Positions 19,113 through 29,387 of a stretch of 64,000 nucleotides of DNA are shown here, one piece after another. The notes beneath the pieces were generated by a model, which saw nothing but the letters and a program-made list of their open reading frames with translations, ran no database searches and was not told where the DNA came from. Position 1 is the stretch's first letter. The number at the start of each line of letters is the position of its first letter. A program made the translations under genes and the position numbers. This stretch comes from an uncultured virus (IMG/VR IMGVR_UViG_3300031669_000019) (taxonomy: Duplodnaviria; Heunggongvirae; Uroviricota; Caudoviricetes): the IMG/VR virus record IMGVR_UViG_3300031669_000019, one strand, 5' to 3'.

Positions 19113-19369
19113 TCACGCTACGGGGACACGATCCTTGCCGTGAAGCCTAGCGTGCCTACAGGGTTACGGTTTTATACACCCTGGTATTTTGGCGATGGAG
19201 CTTGATATCCAGATTAAGCTCTATCGCCAACCAGCCGATTTCCGGGCGGCACTACATATGGTCCCGGAACCTTCTCTTTGTCGGCCCGAAAATTATATCG
19301 CGGGCCGCCACCAGCCGATTGCCGGACGGCATTATGTTCCGGCGCTTTTATTTTATTTAGGAGGGCAAA

Positions 19370-19582
19370 ATGATATTCCCTTACTACCCACAAAAAACGA
19401 TAGCCCCTCCAATTGATATAAATTCCTTGTGCGTAGGTGCTGTTGGCTGTAAAAAATGTCATTTGTGTATTCATTTCACTTCCATTCCACGTGGAACAAA
19501 TAAAAAATATCTATTGACGCCGCCCGGACTTGTAAATTCATGCAAAGAATTCTACCCCGAATATATAAACCATAAACCATGA
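19370..19582 (+). CDS. small Cys-rich hypothetical protein
   Basis: GGAGG RBS; CKKCHLC...C. Confidence 0.55.
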   Translation: MIFPYYPQKTIAPPIDINSLCVGAVGCKKCHLCIHFTSIPRGTNKKYLLTPPGLVNSCKEFYPEYINHKP

Positions 19583-20106
19583 AAAAATTATTGCTTTTAT
19601 CATATATGTTTTTTTATATTTTTTCTGTCGGGAGCGGAGAAAACATAGAAAAATATATTATAGCACATAATTACTTTGAACCGCTTGTAATCATAAAAAA
19701 TGTTCCAACTAAATATCAATTCATGATTAAATATACGGCAGCTACTATTGGTATCTCACCAGAAATTTTAGCCGGGATTGCCTATACAGAATCATCATAC
19801 AGAGAAAATCCTGAACATATAAATAATACTGACAAAGGGATGTTTGGATTGCATGAGTCAAAATCCATTCATAAAGAGCGCAGTGATTTATATGGTGAAT
19901 ATGACGCGACAGATCCTTGGGAAGCAGCCAGAATTGCGGCATTGATTTTATTGGATCATTATGAATATTATAATTCATGGTCATTAAGTATTGCGGCATA
20001 TCATCAAGGGCGTACAGGATTGAAAAATAATAATGCCGAATCCTGGTATGTTGCCCGTGTATTACAACGCGGGACGAAAATATCAACAAGAAATCAATTG
20101 ACATAA
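19579..20106 (+). CDS. Lytic transglycosylase (SLT) with N-terminal signal or anchor
   Basis: IAYTESS (catalytic Glu), GMFGL, AAYHQG. Confidence 0.8.
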   Translation: MKKLLLLSYMFFYIFSVGSGENIEKYIIAHNYFEPLVIIKNVPTKYQFMIKYTAATIGISPEILAGIAYTESSYRENPEHINNTDKGMFGLHESKSIHKERSDLYGEYDATDPWEAARIAALILLDHYEYYNSWSLSIAAYHQGRTGLKNNNAESWYVARVLQRGTKISTRNQLT

Positions 20107-20269
20107 TGAGCAATAAATTATATGTCGGGAAACTGTTGCGCGGTGATTGTATATTAGTATCCATACGGATTGAAGCCGTTGATTTAGACGAAGCGTGGGC
20201 TAAATTGCAAACTTATTTAAAAGACAAAGAAAATATTTATGATGACTGCTATATTCTTCCAGAAAAAGC

Positions 20270-20545
20270 ATGAAAAAATACAAACAACCAAAAGAATTAA
20301 AAAAGCAAATAAAAGATAAAACACCACTACCGCATATTGCTAAACCGAAGCATTCCGTTGATATAGAAATTGGTGAAAATTCCCACGGGAAATTATATTG
20401 TTGGAATGAATATCAATATGGCTTGCCATTGGATTTATCTATATTGTCTTGGGAACCGCGTATAATGAAACATCCTAGAGGATGGGACCAAGGGCAGGAC
20501 ATAAAACAATTATATAAAGGCGGTAAAAAGAAATGCAAAAGCTGA
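20270..20545 (+). CDS. hypothetical protein
   Basis: ORF in operon. Confidence 0.5.
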   Translation: MKKYKQPKELKKQIKDKTPLPHIAKPKHSVDIEIGENSHGKLYCWNEYQYGLPLDLSILSWEPRIMKHPRGWDQGQDIKQLYKGGKKKCKS

Positions 20546-20883
20546 TATATAATCATCACTATTACAGCAAAAAGAATTTATTGCATTATTATATGGGAAT
20601 GATTTTTACTGACAAAGCTTGGGATAATTTTATTAAAGGGAAATCAATTCATGGTCGGACTATTGATATTAACAGTAAATATAGACTGCCCCCGCACCGC
20701 TGTGAACGATGGTACAATCAAGATAACCATAAAACCAGCATAGCACGCCCTTGTCTGAATAAAGTAAAAGTGCGCTGCGATCAAACCGGGATTTATTTTT
20801 GTAATCATTGTGCAAAAATCATATCCAACATGGCAAAAGATTATAAATTCAAACAAATTACTACGTTCACCAGTATAAATTAA
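20533..20883 (+). CDS. hypothetical Cys-containing protein
   Basis: Last + strand ORF of the arm; FCNHC. Confidence 0.5.
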   Translation: MQKLIYNHHYYSKKNLLHYYMGMIFTDKAWDNFIKGKSIHGRTIDINSKYRLPPHRCERWYNQDNHKTSIARPCLNKVKVRCDQTGIYFCNHCAKIISNMAKDYKFKQITTFTSIN

Positions 20884-20887
20884 AACA

Positions 20888-20975
20888 GGCCAAAACGACG
20901 TGTTTTGACCTTTGACGTATACTTTACCCGGTTTCACCTGGAAAACCCTGCCACACATTTATCTTAATAGCACAA
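20888..20975 (+). repeat. Dispersed conserved element, copy 1 (others 34579-34668, 60848-60926)
   Basis: CAAAAC-N21/22-TATACTTTA-N~15-AAACCYTGYCACACATTTATCTTAA with fixed spacing. Confidence 0.85.
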
Positions 20976-21083
20976 ACGCCTGATAAGGGCACCCGATAGC
21001 CGACTTGCACGGCATGGCTCCCGCTATTCCCTGTTTTGGGCAGGCTGACACGAATTGGGCTTTCGAGCGCTTTTAATTAGTAA

Positions 21084-21584
21084 TTAAAAAATCGCTGAAT
21101 AAACCCAACCACCACTTAAAATAATTATTAAAACAAATTCAATAATGGAAACAAATTTATAAGTTTTTGCCTCCTTAATTGCCTGTTTCCCATCGTCGTT
21201 TAAATTCGTTCCCGATTGCTTCAAGGACTCTATAGTTTTCTTGTCGGTTATTGATTGCAGTTGTAACCGCATCACTGTATGCTTGGAGTCTAGCATTTGC
21301 ATCGTCAAGCTCTCGAATGATTCGTCCATTGATTGCCTGAAGTTTTCCCAATTCAATTGCTCCTGTGCGTCGGCTATTTTCAAGTTGACCAATGTGTTGA
21401 AGAAAAGTTTTAAAATTTCGTTCTTGTCTAAGTTCGATAATTTCGATATCAGCATGTCCGTTTCCGATGAAGTTGGTAATAGATTTGATTCCTGCGCTTT
21501 TACCGGCAAAATAACTGCTAATCCCAATAGTAAAACAAACAATAATGAATATACACGTGGCAATAAAATATTTGCGCATTTCAT
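21084..21584 (-). CDS. Envelope protein (signal peptide, coiled coil, C-terminal TM); spanin-like candidate
   Basis: Hydrophobic N-terminus ending VKA-QE; C-terminal FVLIIILSGGWVYSAIF; follows the holin. Confidence 0.55.
   Translation of the reverse strand: MKCANILLPRVYSLLFVLLLGLAVILPVKAQESNLLPTSSETDMLISKLSNLDKNEILKLFFNTLVNLKIADAQEQLNWENFRQSMDESFESLTMQMLDSKHTVMRLQLQSITDKKTIESLKQSGTNLNDDGKQAIKEAKTYKFVSIIEFVLIIILSGGWVYSAIF
21175..21579 (-). CDS. i-spanin-like protein nested in an alternate frame
   Basis: N-terminal TM followed by coiled coil; shares the AGGAG RBS. Confidence 0.5.
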   Translation of the reverse strand: MRKYFIATCIFIIVCFTIGISSYFAGKSAGIKSITNFIGNGHADIEIIELRQERNFKTFLQHIGQLENSRRTGAIELGKLQAINGRIIRELDDANARLQAYSDAVTTAINNRQENYRVLEAIGNEFKRRWETGN

Positions 21585-21593
21585 GTATTCTCC

Positions 21594-21893
21594 TTATTTT
21601 GGTTTCCTTATCAATTTACTGTAAATATTGTATCCATAAGCGCCCAAAGCTGCGTGGGTTAAATAATCCCTTATAAGTATTGCCATATCAATTGATTTAG
21701 AAGCGAAAGCAAACGCCGTCACTACTATGATGGAAGCAATCAATGGGAACAACACATAACCGGCTTTGAATTTATTTTTACTGTCCAATTTTTTCAATCC
21801 GGTAACAATAAAAACTATTGCCAACAATATCAAAGGATTTATACCTAATTTAGCTATCAAATCCAATATTTGTTGTATAATAGATATTTCCAT
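21594..21893 (-). CDS. Holin
   Basis: 99 aa, 2-3 TM segments, basic C-terminus, adjacent to endolysin. Confidence 0.7.
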   Translation of the reverse strand: MEISIIQQILDLIAKLGINPLILLAIVFIVTGLKKLDSKNKFKAGYVLFPLIASIIVVTAFAFASKSIDMAILIRDYLTHAALGAYGYNIYSKLIRKPK

Positions 21894-21904
21894 AATTCCT
21901 CCTT

Positions 21905-22366
21905 TTATATTCTGGACCTGAATTCAAAATGTGCCCAATCCCATTTCCATGAATTATATTTTCCGGCAGCACAAGCATCAAGGCCACATTCATCTTCGGC
22001 GATGGCAAATAATTCCAGCCATAATTCTTTTCCAGGTTCATATAATATCCTGTTTTTTGCTATGTCAAATAAATAAGCATCCACAGCCAAGCCATCTATG
22101 TGTTTGGAATATAGAGTTTGCGTACTGATTATGTTGCATTCGGCATCAGATAATTTCCATAATCCACACCGCACAAAATAATCTTTTACTATATTGACAG
22201 GGCATCTGCCACGTGAATAATAGGCCATTTGCGTAGACAATTCCCGGCGCGTCTCTCCTATGTATAATTTATATCCCGGCATTTTCTTTCTTGTCAATTC
22301 CGCAAAATATTTTACATTGGAAATCATTTTATTATCCAATTGTTCAATATCATTTATAATAGGCAT
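21905..22366 (-). CDS. Endolysin, peptidase M15 (L-Ala-D-Glu type)
   Basis: ETRR...Q..YYSRGR, SKHIDGLAVD, DWAHFE. Confidence 0.85.
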   Translation of the reverse strand: MPIINDIEQLDNKMISNVKYFAELTRKKMPGYKLYIGETRRELSTQMAYYSRGRCPVNIVKDYFVRCGLWKLSDAECNIISTQTLYSKHIDGLAVDAYLFDIAKNRILYEPGKELWLELFAIAEDECGLDACAAGKYNSWKWDWAHFEFRSRI

Positions 22367-22377
22367 GAATTTCTCCT

Positions 22378-22707
22378 TTATGCTTCGACATTATTTATTT
22401 TATCCAAAAACAAACCTTCATATTTCATATCGGCTTCATCCAGTTTAGCTAAAGCTACAGTAACATTTCCATTACACGTTCCGTCGCGTAGAGTTTCTAA
22501 AGTCGCTTTATTGGAAACTATCAACCGTTTCAATATATAAATAACGGCTTTCATTTCTTGTTTACGCTCTTCGCCATTAGTATTCATCTGAGTTAAAATT
22601 TTACTTAATTTTGACAACCATTTGATGAATAATAGTATGCCGGTTATTATTGCACCAGTAACGCAAACGATACCGGCATCCCTGGCAACAATCCAAAATG
22701 TAGTCAT
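22378..22707 (-). CDS. Single-TM protein of the lysis cassette
   Basis: N-terminal TM plus coiled coil. Confidence 0.55.
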   Translation of the reverse strand: MTTFWIVARDAGIVCVTGAIITGILLFIKWLSKLSKILTQMNTNGEERKQEMKAVIYILKRLIVSNKATLETLRDGTCNGNVTVALAKLDEADMKYEGLFLDKINNVEA

Positions 22708-22789
22708 ATTTTATCCTCTTTTCTAAATTTTTTATAATTTATTATCTTTAATAGCGGCTTGTCCATATTTTATCCTTCCGCTGTCATGG

Positions 22790-23521
22790 CTATGTCGTCT
22801 CGTAAAGTGCGTGGAAATATACGTAATTGGCATTGGCTATCGCGCCGGTATTTAGATCAGATACCTGCAAGGCCGCGCTATCCCCGTTTGCGGTAGTGCG
22901 GTAATACGGATTCAGTTGGCTCGTGCCTAATCCTGCTATTATGGACGATGGCCTATTTCCAGCGAAACTCGCGGAAAAACCAATATAGCCACCTACAGTG
23001 TAACCTCCAACGGGATATGGCAATCCGAGAATGAAGGCCGCCCCTGACGCAGTGCCGACATCAAGCGAGTTCGTCCGTATTCCCCCCCATACCTCGATTA
23101 TATTGCCGGTTTTTGTATATCTGCCGTATGTAGGCGCAGTATAAACAATAGCCCCGAATGCACCGGTTGCGCAGCCCCAAGTAGGCGTCCAGTTGCCTAT
23201 CTCTTTACCGCTTCTTTTTACATTTCCAGTAGAATCAATAAAAAACGTATCAAAAAAAGTATCCTCAGTAGTAATTTCCGAAGGTGAAATATTTATTATG
23301 GCACTTTCAGTAGACGCTACTCCACTGGTTATAGTCAATATGGCGGAAACACCCGTTGCCAAATTTGCAGTCATATATTCTTTAGGAATACTTACATAAA
23401 AAACCCCTTTTCCTTCTGCAACGATAATTACTGTAGCTGTAGTGGCTACTTTTGCTGACAAAGGCTCTAGAATTTCCCGAATGAAATTGACGGGCTTTTT
23501 CTTTTCTTTTATTGTACTCAT
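22790..23521 (-). CDS. Tail fibre / receptor-binding protein
   Basis: GNWTPT..GRYTKTGNII..I.GLPY pattern typical of phage fibre C-terminal domains. Confidence 0.6.
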   Translation of the reverse strand: MSTIKEKKKPVNFIREILEPLSAKVATTATVIIVAEGKGVFYVSIPKEYMTANLATGVSAILTITSGVASTESAIINISPSEITTEDTFFDTFFIDSTGNVKRSGKEIGNWTPTWGCATGAFGAIVYTAPTYGRYTKTGNIIEVWGGIRTNSLDVGTASGAAFILGLPYPVGGYTVGGYIGFSASFAGNRPSSIIAGLGTSQLNPYYRTTANGDSAALQVSDLNTGAIANANYVYFHALYETT

Positions 23522-24942
23522 ACTATCCGCACCTCGAAATCAATGGTTTGATCAATCAAATGATAGGTTTTGCTCAATATTTCACATTTTTTGGTTCCAA
23601 TCATTGTTGAAGCAATCCTGTTTAATTCTACATCAATATTGTCAATTACATTGTACAAATAATATTTCATTGGAACCGTTATAATGATTTTTCCATGAAT
23701 ATCTTTGGAATATGCCATAATGACATCTGCCAAAGCTTGCGCCGAAGTTTGATCCGGTAAAACCGTTTCAAAATCAACTTCATTATAGACTCTATATTTT
23801 GTATAGACAACGGTTTCATGGGAAGTGTCAGTCAACCATATTATTGAATTGTTGGAATCCTGGTTTAAATATCTGGCATAGCCAACTCGAATGCTCGATA
23901 ATACCTCGGCTGGATCATATGTAATGCTTATTTCATTGCTTATGTCATATTTGCTTATGGTAGTCAAAGCGCTGGCAGAAGTGTCAATTACTTTGAATGT
24001 ATATTTGCCATCGGCATTGATGATGAATTCGCCAAATACGGATTTACAAATCAATTCTATCAAATCCACTACCTGTGGCAAATCATCAGGATCGTTGTTT
24101 ATGGTGACATTATCCACCAGCAACGTTGCCGCATCCCATTCGGTAGTATCAAAATAATCGGTTGAATAAGGTATTCCATATGCATCAGCCAATATTGCTA
24201 CTATGGCATCAAGGGCATTTATGCCATCACACTCGTATGAAGTTTTTTTGGTCAATACTTTTCTTGCATCAACAAAACTCAAAGCCATGAATGATTCCGA
24301 TATGGTTACCGCTTCGACAACACCATTATATATTTGTATATAGTCATCAATGTCCAATTCATCATAACCAATCAAAACACGTATTTGATTGCCAAAAAAT
24401 GACAACGATTCCCCGGACAAATCGAATCTGCCATCGGTATTTATTATTTGTATATCAGCACCATCATATTGCAATTTTCCAAAATACAATGGGTCACGCG
24501 ATTGCTGTATGGGTATATCGCTGACCAAGCGGCCTTCATAAATTACGTTGCCATTCAACGGGGTAAATTCTTTATATGACAAACCATAAATTACACCCAA
24601 AAATACTGAATGCAATATTGGATCCTCATTATCAATTATATGAACATAAACCTTGGAAACACCATCATAATAAAATGATATTGGAGATGATGCCAAAGCC
24701 AATATGGAAGCTACTTTGGTATAGGGTGTGGTATCAACGGTAACTGAACCAATATCGCCAAATAATTGTGCGGTAAAACCATCCAATAAAGAATCATCAA
24801 CTTCAGGATATAATCCAGTAAAATTTACATACCATATACCGGCCCCGGCATTGACCCATTGAATATTTATATTCCCTAAATCTATTTGTACAAGTGTACG
24901 AAGTGAGGAAACTGATTTATTAGATAATTCTTCAAAAGTCAA
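23518..24942 (-). CDS. Tail tip / baseplate hub protein
   Basis: Position after TMP and Dit; acidic and beta-rich. Confidence 0.6.
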   Translation of the reverse strand: MTFEELSNKSVSSLRTLVQIDLGNINIQWVNAGAGIWYVNFTGLYPEVDDSLLDGFTAQLFGDIGSVTVDTTPYTKVASILALASSPISFYYDGVSKVYVHIIDNEDPILHSVFLGVIYGLSYKEFTPLNGNVIYEGRLVSDIPIQQSRDPLYFGKLQYDGADIQIINTDGRFDLSGESLSFFGNQIRVLIGYDELDIDDYIQIYNGVVEAVTISESFMALSFVDARKVLTKKTSYECDGINALDAIVAILADAYGIPYSTDYFDTTEWDAATLLVDNVTINNDPDDLPQVVDLIELICKSVFGEFIINADGKYTFKVIDTSASALTTISKYDISNEISITYDPAEVLSSIRVGYARYLNQDSNNSIIWLTDTSHETVVYTKYRVYNEVDFETVLPDQTSAQALADVIMAYSKDIHGKIIITVPMKYYLYNVIDNIDVELNRIASTMIGTKKCEILSKTYHLIDQTIDFEVRIV

Positions 24943-24944
24943 AA

Positions 24945-25952
24945 TTAGCTCCCAAGTAAAACAGAGTTTACACCAAATTTATCGGAACAGATAGCCAATA
25001 AATCCGTATACATTCTATTACTACCGCTATTTTTAATATATAACTGGATTAAATCACCACGTGCTACAGCTATATCTTCTGTAAACTTGCTATATATATC
25101 AGTAGTTGAGCCGCTCAAGGTTCGTTCTGTGCCTACAGCGCTGCCATTTTTATATATTTTTCCATAGCCGGTGCCGGTAGGAACGCAAAGTGAAAAAACG
25201 ATACGGAGCGTTCCTGAAACTGATGCTTTTATTTCTTTAATTTTGGTATACGCTACTGGATTATAATAAGAAATAGGCACAGAATCTATAAGCCCTCTAA
25301 TTGCATAATCACCAGCGGATAATGTTCCATCATAAAATGGCAAAGCATGTACTAGCGTATCGGCTAAAGCAGTATTCCAATTTGTGCCTAAATTTGAAGC
25401 TAAAGCTGTAGTCCAACCTGCTCCTAATAATGCAGCTAAAGCAGTATTCCAATTTGTGCCTAAATTTGAAGCTAAAGCTGTAGTCCAACCTGCTCCTAAT
25501 AATGCAGCTAAAGCAGTATTCCAATTTGTGCCTTTTATTATATTAAATTTATTGTACAAAGTCTTTTCACTTTGAGCAGTTGCGCCAGCCGCTTTGTATG
25601 CCGAAGCCACTGCACGGATATTACTACCAGCCGACGAGTACCAGCCTTGCTTGTCAGTAGCCCATACAGGAGCAGTAGAAATCCATGCTGCACTTAATAT
25701 TTGCGTTCCGGCTGTACCACTTGGAGTCAACCCTAAATATGCCGTTGAAGCCGTGGCAATGGCAGTCCAGGATGAAGCATTTGGCGTTATTATTTCGGAA
25801 GCCTTGAAAAATGCCCCAGCAATTTCAATCCCAGATCCGGCGGCAATGGCAGAATTGGCAGAGGTAGTAAATTCTGTCAAAGATATTCCATAGTAGCCAA
25901 TAAGGCCGCTGTTGATTATCGTGACTGATGTAGCAATTTGATTGAACGGAAT
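24945..25952 (-). CDS. Minor tail protein with 24-aa repeats; probable ATT start at 25952
   Basis: GGAGG-8nt-ATT in frame with the TTG-start ORF 24945-25880. Confidence 0.65.
   Translation of the reverse strand: MPFNQIATSVTIINSGLIGYYGISLTEFTTSANSAIAAGSGIEIAGAFFKASEIITPNASSWTAIATASTAYLGLTPSGTAGTQILSAAWISTAPVWATDKQGWYSSAGSNIRAVASAYKAAGATAQSEKTLYNKFNIIKGTNWNTALAALLGAGWTTALASNLGTNWNTALAALLGAGWTTALASNLGTNWNTALADTLVHALPFYDGTLSAGDYAIRGLIDSVPISYYNPVAYTKIKEIKASVSGTLRIVFSLCVPTGTGYGKIYKNGSAVGTERTLSGSTTDIYSKFTEDIAVARGDLIQLYIKNSGSNRMYTDLLAICSDKFGVNSVLLGS
25363..25533 (-). repeat. 72-bp tandem repeat, about 2.4 copies
   Basis: Encodes GTNWNTALAALLGAGWTTALASNL. Confidence 0.9.
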
Positions 25953-25994
25953 TTTATTTGCCTCCAGTTAGTTTATCAGCTATATAAATATAAA

Positions 25995-26741
25995 TCATTT
26001 TTCCTCCGAAAGCATTAACGTATACACAAACTTCATATTTTCTTTATGGTTGAATTCCAGTTCATTGTCAATTGAAACGTAGCAAGGTTCCACCAAAACA
26101 TAATCACGTATAGTATCAAAATTACAGAAAATAAATGATGAGTGATTTCCCACAGTATCATATAAAGTATTTATTTTTTCTACCATCGTTTCGTTACTGG
26201 GGGGGAAATCCAATTTGAATTCCCGCCACCCAATACCTTCTGAAGCAAATTTCTGCCGATATCTTCCATGAGCAACATTATCCGATCTGCGTTTGCTTAC
26301 GGTAAAATCAATCAAACTGGATGGATCTATGGAAATATATTCGCCTGCCCATAAACGCCCAATGGAAATAAATCCATCAGTATTGGTAGGATCATCAATT
26401 TGGAATTGAAGGAATTGATATGTTTCCGCTGTAAAGAATTTAAGCATCATACCGGAATTGTACGTTATTGTTTGGCTGGTAGCACCTGGCCAACTGTCAC
26501 TGGAATTCATAGACATTATCACACTGGCAGAGGTGGTGAAATTATGATTCATCAATGCGATTGTATTTATGCTTTTTGCCGAGCCTAAATCTATTGTAAT
26601 TGTTTGCGCGCTCGCCGAAGTGCTTTTATATATTTGGCTTAACCGCTGTTCCTGCACATTTGTCACGGCATATCCGGCAGTTTCCGTCAAAGCGGTTAAA
26701 GCCGAAGCCGTATCAATATAATTATCATAGGCTATTCTCAT
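25995..26741 (-). CDS. Distal tail (Dit-like) protein
   Basis: Immediately after TMP; ITIDLGS and IGRLWAG motifs. Confidence 0.6.
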   Translation of the reverse strand: MRIAYDNYIDTASALTALTETAGYAVTNVQEQRLSQIYKSTSASAQTITIDLGSAKSINTIALMNHNFTTSASVIMSMNSSDSWPGATSQTITYNSGMMLKFFTAETYQFLQFQIDDPTNTDGFISIGRLWAGEYISIDPSSLIDFTVSKRRSDNVAHGRYRQKFASEGIGWREFKLDFPPSNETMVEKINTLYDTVGNHSSFIFCNFDTIRDYVLVEPCYVSIDNELEFNHKENMKFVYTLMLSEEK

Positions 26742-29089
26742 ATCACGGCTCCCTGACTTATCAATACCTGCTTATTTTTCGTAGCCGGGAATATCTTTTT
26801 CAGTATAGGCATAGAATCAATTTGTACCACCAAATTTATCATATCACTATTGGCAGTGCCTAAATTTCCACTTGGCATTTTTGAAATGAACTGTTCCAAT
26901 TTATCCAAAGGGAAAAATACTTCCGGTTGTCCGGCTTCTGCCGCAGTTACATCCGTGCCACCAGGCGTAGGCATTATTATTCCGCCCTCGGCCAATGCCA
27001 ATGACGGCTTGCTTTTATTTATCAACGATACTTGCGCAGCAGAAATGCCACCCATGATACCGGCAGGAATGACACCCCACGGCCAACCACCAGAATTCTT
27101 GAAAGTTTCTATTACAGCTCGCGCACCTGAAGCTACTGCCATGGCCAAATTTACTTTCCATTGAGCAAGCGCATTTTTATATTCAACTTCAGCAGCCATC
27201 TTAGCATATTTTTCTTTTATTGTTTCTTTTTCAATTTCATTTGCCAATTCTGCCGCGCGTTCTGTATCTCCTGCAAGTATGGCAGCATCCAATTGTTTTT
27301 GAAGTGATTCCAGTGTAGTATCTTCAGCCAAACCAGCAGCTTCCAATTCAGCTTGCAAACGTTGATCAATTTCAGCTAATTCATTTGCGGTCGCTTGTTG
27401 CATTAAATCTTGTAAAGAAGAAACCAACCCAAAAGCCAAATCAGTTATATTGCTGAAATAAGCATCCCAATTTATAGTCGATTTATCCAGATTTTCATTT
27501 ATTTCATCCAACGCTGCGGCATTTGAAATTATCCAGTCGCCATATGCATCGGCACGTATTTTTGCTTTTTCATCTTCGGTTTTTTGAGTCGCAGCTATTT
27601 CCTCTTCAATTATTGTTGCTTGCCTTGCACGCAATACTTCTATTGCTTTTAATCTATCATCTTCCAATTTGCCTTTGGCCCATGGTGATGCTTCCAACTT
27701 GGCTATTGTATCGGCTATTTTTTGATACTCGGTTTTTTCATCTTCAAGAATTCCTAATACATCCGAGCGAGCAGATTTATATTTATCTTCGATCCTGGCA
27801 CGGGCTTCCAACGCTTTGGTAATTTCTTCTTGCGATAATGTTTCTACGGTCAGCGCGGTATTCATATCTTCTTGTTCAAGTAAATTCATTACTTGAAGTC
27901 TATTTTTTTCTGCTAATTTATCCCTAGAAGCATATAATAAAGCCAGTTCAGCTTCCAATTCATCATTTTCACCCTCTATCAATCCTGTAGAGGAACCGAT
28001 CAATGCATTTATAGTTTCTATTCGTTTCTGAACCAATGCGTAATCATTTTCCAATTTTCCGGTAGTGCCGCCGGACATTACTTTATTCAGCTGCTCTTGT
28101 TCTTTTTGTGCGTTTTTTATATTATTTACCAATACAGCCATACCAGCCGCAAGAGCAACAATAGCTACAGTAACGGCAACGGCTGGATTCAAAGCCATTC
28201 CAGCATTCAAAGCCAGTATAGCTTTTTGCGCGGCATTTACCGCCATTAAAACTGGACCTAGCGCAGCCGCGAAAGCGCCAACTATCAATATATTTTCTTT
28301 TGTACCTTTATCCAAAGCCGTGATACTCTGTAATATTTTGCTTATTTCTTTTACAGTATTTTTTATGGCTGGCATCAAATCATCTACAAATGACCTTGCC
28401 AATGCCCCAGTATCATCAGCCAATGTTGACAATAAACCTTCCAACGTTTTACTGGCGGTGTCCATTCCTTTATAAAATTTTCCGCCAGCTGAAGTGGCCG
28501 TTTTAAATGCGTCGGCAACCATGTCAGCAGATATTCTGCCTTTGGACATTTCATCTTTTAGATAAGCCATGCTCTTGCCGGTAGTACGCGCAATTTCCTG
28601 GAGGGGGTTGAATCCGGCATTTATCAACTGGAGTAAATCTTGTCCCATCAATTTTCCCATTGACGAAACTTGACCAAATACTAATGCCATTGATGACATT
28701 TTAGCAGAGTTACCACCAGAAGCATCACCAAGCATGGACAATGTAGGGATTATCTTTTCACCAGCTATGCCGAATTGTAATAATGTTTTTGATGCTTGTG
28801 CCAGATCGGTAGTTTCAAATGGCGTGACTGCCGCCATCTTTTTTAAATCGGCCATTAACATGGAAGCTTTTTCCGCGCTGCCAAGCATCGTACTAAATGA
28901 TGCTTCCAACATTTCCATTTGCGCGGCAGATTTTACAGCAGCCACTCCCATGGCGAGCAATGGAGCTGTTACAAATAACGATAATGATTTACCGTACTTG
29001 GCAGTTTGCTGTTCCGATTTAGTAAGTGCGGAGTCTAATTGCGTAGTATCGCCAACTATCCTGACGACCATGTCCCCTAAATCTGCCAT
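26738..29089 (-). CDS. Tape measure protein
   Basis: TPFETTDL, LGDASGG, GQV...GKLMGQDLLQL tape-measure domain; AEGG...EAGQPE C-terminus. Confidence 0.92.
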   Translation of the reverse strand: MADLGDMVVRIVGDTTQLDSALTKSEQQTAKYGKSLSLFVTAPLLAMGVAAVKSAAQMEMLEASFSTMLGSAEKASMLMADLKKMAAVTPFETTDLAQASKTLLQFGIAGEKIIPTLSMLGDASGGNSAKMSSMALVFGQVSSMGKLMGQDLLQLINAGFNPLQEIARTTGKSMAYLKDEMSKGRISADMVADAFKTATSAGGKFYKGMDTASKTLEGLLSTLADDTGALARSFVDDLMPAIKNTVKEISKILQSITALDKGTKENILIVGAFAAALGPVLMAVNAAQKAILALNAGMALNPAVAVTVAIVALAAGMAVLVNNIKNAQKEQEQLNKVMSGGTTGKLENDYALVQKRIETINALIGSSTGLIEGENDELEAELALLYASRDKLAEKNRLQVMNLLEQEDMNTALTVETLSQEEITKALEARARIEDKYKSARSDVLGILEDEKTEYQKIADTIAKLEASPWAKGKLEDDRLKAIEVLRARQATIIEEEIAATQKTEDEKAKIRADAYGDWIISNAAALDEINENLDKSTINWDAYFSNITDLAFGLVSSLQDLMQQATANELAEIDQRLQAELEAAGLAEDTTLESLQKQLDAAILAGDTERAAELANEIEKETIKEKYAKMAAEVEYKNALAQWKVNLAMAVASGARAVIETFKNSGGWPWGVIPAGIMGGISAAQVSLINKSKPSLALAEGGIIMPTPGGTDVTAAEAGQPEVFFPLDKLEQFISKMPSGNLGTANSDMINLVVQIDSMPILKKIFPATKNKQVLISQGAVI

Positions 29090-29387
29090 TAGATATCTCC
29101 ATACTTTCTTTGCAATTCTTCTTTGGCTATTTTCTCAGCTTCAAATATTTCATTTACTTCATCGCGGATTTTCCTTAATTCATCCACATCTTTATTTAAT
29201 AAACCATCAGAAGCAGATTCACTTTTTATGCCATATTTAATTTCCAAACCCATATTATGATAATATAATATCTGCCCAATAGTCATTTCCCACAATAAAT
29301 ACTCTTTCGTCGCCCAAGGATACATCAATGCCATCATCACAAACAAGCGGCCAAGCTGAATTGGGCTTTCTTTGGCCTGGCCGCCAT
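29089..29387 (-). CDS. Tail assembly chaperone C-terminal extension (gpGT-like, reached by -1 frameshift)
   Basis: The -1 frame is open from the slippery site to the TMP start. Confidence 0.75.

Noticed and set aside
19189..19474. ORFs 19189-19416 (+) and 19214-19474 (-)
   Set aside because: No RBS, and they overlap hairpin-rich non-coding sequence.
22790..25952. Diversity-generating retroelement or invertible tail-fibre system
   Set aside because: No reverse transcriptase, TR/VR pair or invertase seen; the 72-bp repeat is a perfect coding tandem.
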